A stretch of DNA of 64,000 nt from NCBI GenBank assembly GCA_963846575.1, contig CAWJWJ010000002.1, forward strand, positions 960,001 to 1,024,000, read 5' to 3'. The translations under genes were made by a program, and so were the position numbers. The DNA is from an uncultured Nitrospiraceae bacterium. GTDB lineage: Bacteria; Nitrospirota; Nitrospiria; Nitrospirales; Nitrospiraceae. The notes beneath the pieces are model-generated. The model did no database searches. It was given only the letters and a program-made list of their open reading frames with translations, and was not told the origin of the DNA. This document shows, in pieces, positions 50,770-58,879 of this stretch. Each line of letters starts with the position of its first letter. Position 1 is the first letter of the stretch.

Positions 50770-51881
50770 AGGTTGCTCCAGCTCATGGCATAGTCCTTTA
50801 CCTCGACGCTTTCGAATTCGGGCAGCACCCTGAAGCCATGTCTCGATTCGATCATCACGGCCACTTCGTCGGTGCGTTCCTTCGTTGTGCTGCCGGCAAT
50901 TGCCTGCGGCTGCGGCCCGTGGTGAATCCCTTGAGGGTGCAACGTCAACATTCCGGCCTGAATCCCCGTGCGGCTGAAGAAGTCTCCCCGGTGGTAAAAC
51001 AACACCTCGTCATAGTCCATGTTGCGGTGATAAAACGGTACACGGAGCGCGCTTGGATCGCTTTCCAGCGGTCTTGGCGCAAAGGTCGAAATCATCAGTC
51101 CCCCCGCTTGAAAGGTGGTATGCACGCTGGGCGGGAGGTGGTAACGAGGACTGGTAACGGGACGAAAGTCCCGCACGTTCAGTTTCGCCACCCACAGGTC
51201 GCCTTTCCAGCCGACGACGTCCATGGGATAGAACGGGTAATAGACATGCGTGTACTCACCATTCCGCTTGATGCGCACTTCCCATTCGCGCCGGCTCTGG
51301 GCGTCGAGCGGCGGGGAGGTGAGTTCAGGCGTGACGAGGACACCGGGGTCAAATAATGCGTGACGACCGAGCGGCCCTCGATCCGGCAACTCCACCCCAG
51401 CGGGGGTTTCGACGATCAAAAACAGGCTCGGACCGTCTTGTGAATCGACATGCACCCGATAAGTCGTGCCTTTCGGAATGACCAGGTAGTCGCCCGCTTC
51501 ATAACTGAGGGTGCCATAGTCCGTTTCCCACCTGCCACGTCCGTGGTGAACGAAGACGATTTCGTCGCCATCGGCGTTGCGCATGAAATGAGGCATCGTT
51601 TCCACCCGCCTGGAAAACGAAACGTGCGCATCCATGCTCTCCAGCACCGTGACAGGCCGGCCATCAGGGGAATGGTGGTCGGGGGTGGGCAGGGCTTCGC
51701 AAGAGAACGCCCGCGGTCGCAGGGGGCCCTCGATCCTGCTCCATCCTGTCGGCGGATGTCGGTGATAGAGATGGGACGAGGGACCGCTGAACCCTTGGCG
51801 ACCGTGCTCCTCTTCGCACAGCCCATCGGGAATGCCCACATGGGCCTGGCTGGGGGCGTCACCTTTTTTCACCAAGTACAT
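50766..51881 (-). CDS. hmgA: Homogentisate 1,2-dioxygenase
   Basis: NADGDE, PMDVVGWKG, HLPPSVH, PFYHRNMDYDE, HPQGIHHGP, EVAVMIES. Confidence 0.92.
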   Translation of the reverse strand: MYLVKKGDAPSQAHVGIPDGLCEEEHGRQGFSGPSSHLYHRHPPTGWSRIEGPLRPRAFSCEALPTPDHHSPDGRPVTVLESMDAHVSFSRRVETMPHFMRNADGDEIVFVHHGRGRWETDYGTLSYEAGDYLVIPKGTTYRVHVDSQDGPSLFLIVETPAGVELPDRGPLGRHALFDPGVLVTPELTSPPLDAQSRREWEVRIKRNGEYTHVYYPFYPMDVVGWKGDLWVAKLNVRDFRPVTSPRYHLPPSVHTTFQAGGLMISTFAPRPLESDPSALRVPFYHRNMDYDEVLFYHRGDFFSRTGIQAGMLTLHPQGIHHGPQPQAIAGSTTKERTDEVAVMIESRHGFRVLPEFESVEVKDYAMSWSNL

Positions 51882-51918
51882 CAGGGACCTCCTGACGTGT
51901 CGGGGACGGCGTGATGGT

Positions 51919-52515
51919 CTACGACGCCCGTTGATAGGACTCGGACTGCGACTCTTCGAACGGAAGCGGAAGGGTCTCGTAGTCCACGATGGTCTTGTCG
52001 ATGCCCCGGGTCTGATTGCGTTCGATATCTCTGTACAGCGCCTCGACCGTCGCGCGCACAAACGTTTTGGATTCCTCCTGTCCATGCTGGCGCTGGGTCA
52101 GTTCGAGAAAGACGCCGCATCCCGGGAAGAGTGGATAGGTAAAACGCTGCCTGAGCGGGCCGAACCCGTCGCGGCCGTTCTTGACGTCTCCGCAAAATCT
52201 CACGCCGTGCGTTTCCCACTCCTGGCAGACTGCGTCGATGTCATCGACTTCGATGGCGATATGCTGAACTCCCTCGCCGTATCTTTCGATAAACTCGCAG
52301 ATCTGCGACCGTTGTTCCTTGTTTCGGCCTTGCATCAAGGCAATTTTTGCATCGCCCCGTTGGACGACCACCGTGTCCATGCTTGATTTGTCACTGCCGA
52401 CGTCCTTGGCCGACCAGATAACATTGAAGCCGAGTATGGTCGTGAAGAGAGACTCCGCTGCGGCGAGGTTTTTCACGCAGAGGGTGATGTGATCAATGCC
52501 GATGGATTCTTTCAT
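51919..52515 (-). CDS. VOC protein corresponding to the catalytic C-terminal domain of 4-hydroxyphenylpyruvate dioxygenase
   Basis: IDHI, SQICEFI..GEGVQHIA, LRQRFT, FLELTQR, EALYRDIERNQ..RG. Confidence 0.78.
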   Translation of the reverse strand: MKESIGIDHITLCVKNLAAAESLFTTILGFNVIWSAKDVGSDKSSMDTVVVQRGDAKIALMQGRNKEQRSQICEFIERYGEGVQHIAIEVDDIDAVCQEWETHGVRFCGDVKNGRDGFGPLRQRFTYPLFPGCGVFLELTQRQHGQEESKTFVRATVEALYRDIERNQTRGIDKTIVDYETLPLPFEESQSESYQRAS

Positions 52516-52702
52516 GTGGACCTCCTACGCGGCATCTAGTGGTCGTGGGATCATCCGTAGTGAGACTATATAACATAATAGTTGCATCATTCAATATAGA
52601 TTTTGTATCATTTCGTCATGGCGCTATCCAAGGGAGAGGAAATGACGTCGAAACAGGACCGGAACGTGACGGGACGTCCCGGTCTGACGGCGGAGGTGCA
52701 CG

Positions 52703-53470
52703 ATGTCGTTTTACGAACAGGTGCGCTCGGACGTGCTCCGGCATGGAGCGATCAATAATTCCTACCTGACCCGATTTCGGTCTGGCGATCTGACCGACAA
52801 TGAGTTACACGAGTTCGCCGTCGAGTTTTATAGCTTCGCACGCTTCTTTCCTCGCATTCTCGCCGCCCAGTTGGTCAACACCGAAGATGAAGCCGTGGCC
52901 GATGAGTTGACGAAAGTTCTGTATTCGGAACTTGGCGACGGCATCGTGAAGAACCGCCACGAGTTACTGTACCGAAACTTCCTCCGGTCTATCGGGGTTG
53001 ATATCCATACGGCGATGACCACCGCGATGAAACCGTCCACCCGTGCCTACATCGATGGGATGGATGCGCTCTACGGCAGTGGAAATCACGCCACCGCGTT
53101 GGGGGCCTCATTTGGGCTGGAAAATATGGCCATCACCATGTGGGACCATTTGATTCCGGGATTGACCGCACTCAGGACGGAGCGTCTTCCGCAGATGGAT
53201 ATCACCTACTTCACTTTCCACCGTGAGCTCGAATCGCAGCATGAACTAGCCATGGAACATGCGATGGAAGCCGTGGGAGGCGCAGGTTCCCTATCGAACG
53301 TCATCATGTCGGAAACGGAACAACAGGATTTTTGTCGTGGCATGGTCGCAGTGCTCGACCACCTCGAGGGATTCTGGATGGGCCTCGAAAGGACGCCGGC
53401 CCTGTCCGCGCAGACATGGATGCCGCCCCTCCAACAGGGGGCGACCGAGTTGCGCGGGCAGTTTCACTGA
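52703..53470 (+). CDS. Heme-oxygenase-like diiron oxidase (CADD/PqqC/TenA-like)
   Basis: SELG...RHELLY, GLEN, YFTFHRELESQH give an E/H/E/HxxxExxH ligand set. Confidence 0.85.
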   Translation: MSFYEQVRSDVLRHGAINNSYLTRFRSGDLTDNELHEFAVEFYSFARFFPRILAAQLVNTEDEAVADELTKVLYSELGDGIVKNRHELLYRNFLRSIGVDIHTAMTTAMKPSTRAYIDGMDALYGSGNHATALGASFGLENMAITMWDHLIPGLTALRTERLPQMDITYFTFHRELESQHELAMEHAMEAVGGAGSLSNVIMSETEQQDFCRGMVAVLDHLEGFWMGLERTPALSAQTWMPPLQQGATELRGQFH

Positions 53471-53570
53471 GCGGCTCAGGGTCGGAGGGTCACATGGATC
53501 TGGCCGTTGCGACGGGCTGTCAGATGTTTTACCCCGCCCAGGACCATGATCGCCCGGTAGGAGTGCCCCC

Positions 53571-54794
53571 ATGTCTATCTACAAAGTCGGTGTCGCAGGC
53601 GCGGGTGCTATGGGCGCACAGATTGCCGGAGTGGTGAGCGATGCCGGTTTGCCGGTGGTAGTGTCAGACATTCAGGAGTCTCTCGCGAGGCGAGGTGTCG
53701 AGACGGTTCGAGCCCTCTATCAGGCTCGCGTGGACAAAAGCCAGATGACGCCTCAGCAACTGAAAGAAAAGATGCTCCTGGTAACGGCGGCGCCGACCCT
53801 TGACGGTCTGGATGATGTGGATCTGGTGATCGAAGCCGTCTCGGAAGAATTGTTTCTCAAACAGCGTGTGTTCCGCGACCTCGATCGTATTTGCGCAAGA
53901 AGTGCCATTCTGGCGAGCAATACGTCCGCCCTGTCCATTTCAGCGATCGGTGCTGCCACCAGGCGTCCAGGCAGAGTGGTGGGTCTCCATTTCTTCAATC
54001 CGGCCTATGCCATGCCGCTCGTAGAAGTCAGTCCGGGCCTGGCCACGGACCCCCAGACTGTCGATGACATGGTCGGTTTTGCGGAAAGCCTACGGAAGAC
54101 GCCCGTGGTTGTGAAGGAATGTGCAGGGTTTCTCGTCAATCGGTTGCTCTTTTCTTATCTGAACGAAGCCATCTGGTCCCTCCAGGATGGCGACGCAGCC
54201 ATCGACGAAATCGATCAGGACATGGTGGCATTCGGCATGCCGCTCGGTCCCTTTGCGCTCTTGGATACAGTGGGGCTCGATATCGCGCTCGAGGTTGCCC
54301 GCATTCTGCATCGATCCTATGGGCCACGGATGGCGCCGGCTGCGCTCCTTGAACCCCTGGTCAAGGCCGGGCGAACCGGGAAAACCGCAGGACAAGGTTT
54401 TTACGATTATGCGAGTTCACAAGCACAGCACCGCCCTCCACAGTTGGAAGCTCTCGTGCAGCAGACGCGGCAACTGACCGGACGGCGGCCGGTCGGATGG
54501 ACAAGGTCGCGGCCCTTGTTAGCCATGGTGAATGAGGCGGTGATCGCGCTGCAGGAAGGGATTGCCCCGGCGCGGGAGATTGATCTTGCCATGGTCGCGG
54601 GTATGGGATTCCCGACAGAAAGAGGAGGACCGCTGCATTTTGCTGACCAACTCGGCATCGACAATGTGCTTCAGGAACTGGACGAGTTCAGGGAAACCCT
54701 GGGCACGCGCTTCTGGCCGGCGCCGATGTTGCGTCGAATGGTGGACGCCGGCTTCACCGGCCACCTCGTGGGAAGGGGATTCTTTTCCTACTGA
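53571..54794 (+). CDS. 3-hydroxyacyl-CoA dehydrogenase with tandem C-terminal domains
   Basis: GAGAMG, ASNTSA, HFFNP, GFLVNR; second domain GFP..RGGPL. Confidence 0.92.
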   Translation: MSIYKVGVAGAGAMGAQIAGVVSDAGLPVVVSDIQESLARRGVETVRALYQARVDKSQMTPQQLKEKMLLVTAAPTLDGLDDVDLVIEAVSEELFLKQRVFRDLDRICARSAILASNTSALSISAIGAATRRPGRVVGLHFFNPAYAMPLVEVSPGLATDPQTVDDMVGFAESLRKTPVVVKECAGFLVNRLLFSYLNEAIWSLQDGDAAIDEIDQDMVAFGMPLGPFALLDTVGLDIALEVARILHRSYGPRMAPAALLEPLVKAGRTGKTAGQGFYDYASSQAQHRPPQLEALVQQTRQLTGRRPVGWTRSRPLLAMVNEAVIALQEGIAPAREIDLAMVAGMGFPTERGGPLHFADQLGIDNVLQELDEFRETLGTRFWPAPMLRRMVDAGFTGHLVGRGFFSY

Positions 54795-54901
54795 TCCGCA
54801 GAGAGGTTCCTCCTGCAGGGGCTCGAGGGAATGCGAACGTCTCGCGGCTCGGATCGAAAAGGGGATGGGTTTGACCACCCCGTGAGTGATGCGAGGTACG
54901 T

Positions 54902-55690
54902 ATGAGCACGACGGCCGGCTCGATGCTTTCATGCACCGTCGACGAGGCGGTGGCCACGCTCGTGATCAACCGTCCTCCCGCGAATGCGCTGACGCCCGAG
55001 CTCCTTGCGGACCTCGGGGCGGCAGTCGGGGCACTGGCCGAAGACGGTGCAGTCAAAGTGGTCGTCCTGACTGGTACGGGGCGGTTCTTCATTGCGGGTG
55101 CGGATATCCGGCTTCTGGCGGCGATTGGCTCGTCGGCAGAAGGGGAAGCGATCGCGCGGCAAGGTCAGGCGATCTTGAACCGGATCGAGGCTCTGGAGAA
55201 ACCGGTCATCGCTGCCGTCAACGGCCTCTGTCTTGGGGGAGGGCTCGAACTGGCGATGTGCTGTCACATTCGACTTGCCGCGGAAGGTAGCCGGCTAGGC
55301 CAGCCAGAAATCAATTTGGGTATCATGCCGGGATTCGGCGGCACGCAACGGCTCCCGCGGATCGTCGGCGAAGCGAAAGCTATTGAAATGATCCTGACGG
55401 GTGATTCGATCTCGGCGCAGGAAGCCAGGTCGCTTGGGTTGGTCTCGCAGGTATTTCCGCCTGAGGATCTCCTGCGTCAGGCTCAGGCACTGGCGCAGAG
55501 GATCGCCTCCAAGGGTCGGGTGGCGCTGCGTGCATCGCTTCGGGCGATCCGCGATGGCGTCGGCGTGACACTGGACGAAGGGCTGGCCATGGAGGCGCAG
55601 CTGTTCGGGGGGCTGTGCGAGACGCAGGATAAACGGGAAGGTCTGACTGCCTTCCTGGAAAAACGCCCACCGCGGTTCCGGGATCGTTGA
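54902..55690 (+). CDS. Enoyl-CoA hydratase (crotonase)
   Basis: INRPPANAL, FIAGADI, GGGLELA, QPEINLG..PGFGGTQRL. Confidence 0.94.
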   Translation: MSTTAGSMLSCTVDEAVATLVINRPPANALTPELLADLGAAVGALAEDGAVKVVVLTGTGRFFIAGADIRLLAAIGSSAEGEAIARQGQAILNRIEALEKPVIAAVNGLCLGGGLELAMCCHIRLAAEGSRLGQPEINLGIMPGFGGTQRLPRIVGEAKAIEMILTGDSISAQEARSLGLVSQVFPPEDLLRQAQALAQRIASKGRVALRASLRAIRDGVGVTLDEGLAMEAQLFGGLCETQDKREGLTAFLEKRPPRFRDR

Positions 55691-56112
55691 CGGCCTGGTG
55701 AACCACTGCTGCTGACATGTCTGGTCAAAGCAGCCTGTAACTCTTTGCCGTCGAAACAGTGCTGTGGTACAAGTCGCGGCAGGAAATCCGGAACAACGCG
55801 CATGTCTAAATCCTCGCCATCCAATTTTGTGCGCACCTCGAAGCGGATTTCAACCCTGTTTCCTTGCTCTCAGAGCGGACCTCTTCGTGGGTTGACGTCA
55901 ATAGCCTCTATCGTACGGCGCGCTCAATTTTATCCGGCCAGGCCGCATGGCTGGAGGTGGCATGATCCGATGCCAGGCGGTGGAATCGCGGCGGGTAAGG
56001 GGACGGGATGGGCGCCTCCACAAGGGCGTAATGAGCGGGAGCGGACAAAAAGACGGGGGATGGCGGGCGGTGCCCGCCCGCTTGGTCATGAACAACGATC
56101 GGTGAGGCTCAG

Positions 56113-57075
56113 ATGATGGAGATCGCCAGTTACTTTGAAGCCGTGAAGGATCGGTTTGGATTGACCAGCGACTATGCGCTCGCGGACAAGCTGGGGATTG
56201 CCCAGCCCGAAGCCAACCTCATGCGCCGCGGTCTCAAAATTCCCAAGCCCGAACTCTGCATCAAGATGGCCAAACTTCTCGACAAAAATCCGGTGGAGTT
56301 GTTGCTGGTCGCCCAGAAGGATAAGGCGCCGACCGCCGCCAAGGAGTATTGGACGCTCGCCCGCACCGCCGTGGATGTCATGCTTCACGTGCCGAAGAAT
56401 CCTAAGTATCTGCCGAAAAAAGTCGCGGCCATCGGGCGCGAGCTGCGGCAATTGGAATCTCAGTCGTTGATCTATCAGGGGGCGGCGGCCAATGCCGAAG
56501 CGGTGAGGTTGGTCGAAACGGCGGAGCGTTCGATCGACGCCATCATGGAACGCTGGAATATCTGGAAGAAGGGGGAGGCTCTCTACCCGAGCTATCTCCT
56601 GGCCAACCAGGAGGCCACAAGGCGAGGCGTCACGATCCGCCGCTTGCTCGTCCTGTCGGAGGAACAGATGCGGCAGGACGCCTTGGTGACCGATGCCATC
56701 GAGGTGATGGAGGACCAGCGCCGGGCGGGCATCAAGATCTATTTTGCGTTCCGTGATGAACTGGAGCGGTCTCCGGCCTTCCTGCGATTCGAAGAGGACT
56801 ACCGCAAGCAGGGCGCCCCCCAGGATATCAATGCGGCCATGTTCGATGGCGAGATCCTGATCTTCTCGCAATCTTATGGGCAGGTCCCCCTGGGTATGGT
56901 GGGAAAACGGACGTTGATTACGATGATCAGCCAGCTGGAAATTACCTGGAAGGCAGAGCTGTTGCGCGATCTGAATCCGGCGTCCCTCTTCGATATGACG
57001 CGGTATGTGTTCGATTACGAAGGAGCGCCGCCATTTCGCTCGCACATCGCGCGTTTCCTGAAGGAGCGGCCATGA
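56113..57075 (+). CDS. Putative transcriptional regulator: phage-repressor-like N-terminal HTH plus unknown C-terminal domain
   Basis: YFEAVKDRFGLTSDYALADKLGIAQPEANLMRRG HTH; stop overlaps the tnaA start (ATGA). Confidence 0.72.
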   Translation: MMEIASYFEAVKDRFGLTSDYALADKLGIAQPEANLMRRGLKIPKPELCIKMAKLLDKNPVELLLVAQKDKAPTAAKEYWTLARTAVDVMLHVPKNPKYLPKKVAAIGRELRQLESQSLIYQGAAANAEAVRLVETAERSIDAIMERWNIWKKGEALYPSYLLANQEATRRGVTIRRLLVLSEEQMRQDALVTDAIEVMEDQRRAGIKIYFAFRDELERSPAFLRFEEDYRKQGAPQDINAAMFDGEILIFSQSYGQVPLGMVGKRTLITMISQLEITWKAELLRDLNPASLFDMTRYVFDYEGAPPFRSHIARFLKERP

Positions 57076-58514
57076 ACTTCCCGTCCGAGCCGTTCAAGAT
57101 CAAAGTGGTCGAGCCGATCAAGCGAACGACGCGCGAGGAACGCGAACGTCTGCTCCGGGAGTCCGGGTTCAATTTATTCCACGTGCCCGCCGGAAGTGTG
57201 TACGTCGATCTACTCACCGACAGCGGCACATCGGCCATGAGCGACCACCAATGGGCCGGCATGATGCTTGGCGACGAGTCCTATGCCGGGAGTAAGAATT
57301 ATTACCACTTTGAGCAGGTCGTGCGTTCCATTTTTGGCTATCGCCACGTCATCCCGACGCATCAGGGGCGGATGGCGGAGAATCTCTTATTCTCGACGGT
57401 CGTGAAGCCGGGCATGTATGTCCCCAACAACATCCATTTCGACACCACCAGAGCGAATGTCGAACATCAGCAGGCCGAGGCGCTCGATCTGGTGATCAAG
57501 GAAGCCTACGATCCTCATTGTGAGCTGCCCTTTAAAGGCAACATGGATGTCATGCGTCTGGAGGACACCATCAATCGCGTGGGGCGAGACCGCATTCCTC
57601 TGGCCATGATCACCATTACCAATAACAGCGGCGGCGGGCAGCCTGTCTCAATGGAGAACATTCGCCAGACACGCGCGCTGTTGAACCGCTACGGCATCCC
57701 GCTCATTTTTGACGCCTGCCGGTTTGCAGAGAACTGCTTCTTCATCAAGGAGCGGGAGCCGGGCTATGCTGATAGGCCGGTGCGCGAGATTGCCAGGGAA
57801 CTGTTCGGCTATGGCGACGGCTGCACTATGTCCGCCAAGAAGGATGGGTTGGTGAACATCGGCGGGTTTCTCAGTCTCAATGACGCGGGTTGGGCCCGGG
57901 ACATCACGAACATGTTGATTCTCGTGGAAGGGTTTCCGACGTACGGCGGACTGGCGGGTCGCGATCTCGAGGCCATGGCCAGAGGCCTGGAAGAGGTGCT
58001 CGAGGAGGAATATCTCAGTTTCCGCATCGGCCAGGTTCGGTATCTGGGAGAACTGCTGCAAGCCGGCGGTGTGCCTATCCTCAAGCCGATCGGCGGGCAT
58101 GCCGTCTATCTAAACGTAAAAGAATTTCTGCCGCACATTCCGCAAGACCGTTTTCCCGCCCAAGCTCTCGTGGTCGCGCTGTATCGCGAGTATGGCATCC
58201 GCGGGGTCGAAATCGGGACCGTGATGTTTGGAAAACGAGATCCGGCCACCGGACGGACCCTGTACCCCGAATTGGAGCTGGTCCGATTGGCCATTCCACG
58301 GCGTGTCTATACGAACATGCAGATTACGTATGTCGCGGAATCCATCGTCGAGCTGTTCAATCGACGGGACGCCATCGGAGGACTGGTCATGACCTACGAG
58401 GCCCCGCTCCTGCGGCACTTCACGGCACGGTTTCAAGAACCGGGGGCTGTGGAGAGGCATTCATGCGATTCCGATACGCCTGCGAAGACACCGGACGCCG
58501 GCGCGTTGCCGTAG
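57072..58514 (+). CDS. tnaA: Tryptophanase
   Basis: DLLTDSGT and PLP lysine SAKKD. The diagnostic FDTT, VEIG and RHFTAR are the tryptophanase states (tyrosine phenol-lyase has FTTT, ERG, RFFTAR). Confidence 0.88.
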   Translation: MNFPSEPFKIKVVEPIKRTTREERERLLRESGFNLFHVPAGSVYVDLLTDSGTSAMSDHQWAGMMLGDESYAGSKNYYHFEQVVRSIFGYRHVIPTHQGRMAENLLFSTVVKPGMYVPNNIHFDTTRANVEHQQAEALDLVIKEAYDPHCELPFKGNMDVMRLEDTINRVGRDRIPLAMITITNNSGGGQPVSMENIRQTRALLNRYGIPLIFDACRFAENCFFIKEREPGYADRPVREIARELFGYGDGCTMSAKKDGLVNIGGFLSLNDAGWARDITNMLILVEGFPTYGGLAGRDLEAMARGLEEVLEEEYLSFRIGQVRYLGELLQAGGVPILKPIGGHAVYLNVKEFLPHIPQDRFPAQALVVALYREYGIRGVEIGTVMFGKRDPATGRTLYPELELVRLAIPRRVYTNMQITYVAESIVELFNRRDAIGGLVMTYEAPLLRHFTARFQEPGAVERHSCDSDTPAKTPDAGALP

Positions 58515-58879
58515 GGGCGGCTTCGGTTCTGTTCCGCACACACTTCCACCTGCCACATTCATCTCTGATCTGACAGTATCGACGTGACCAGGTGCCCTTT
58601 CATATTGGGCTTCGCGTGGACCGACTGCTGTCCCGAATCTGACTTGCCATCTCCGGCTCGGCGAAAAAATTTTCCAGCAGGAAGTTTTTTGTTTCGAGAC
58701 ATGTTATAAGCAACTCCTTCGCAGACCATACTCCCCACGAGATTCGTATCGGGTTGCCTGGCTCCATCGCCAGCTGATGCGTGTACGTCACGAGAGTAGG
58801 CCTCTGCGGTCCAAACAGTGACTGACCAACATGAGTCGCGATCAAGATGATCATGCGGGCACCGGATTGATACACCCTT

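Noticed and set aside
52516..52702. Cobalamin riboswitch or T-box ahead of the B12-mutase operon
   Set aside because: Short AT-rich spacer without B12-box or T-box consensus.
55745..56116. TnaC-like Trp leader peptide (WRWHD)
   Set aside because: No short ORF ending Pro-stop with TnaC spacing, and a whole gene separates it from tnaA.
57072..58514. Tyrosine phenol-lyase, suggested by neighbouring Tyr genes
   Set aside because: All three diagnostic positions show tryptophanase residues.
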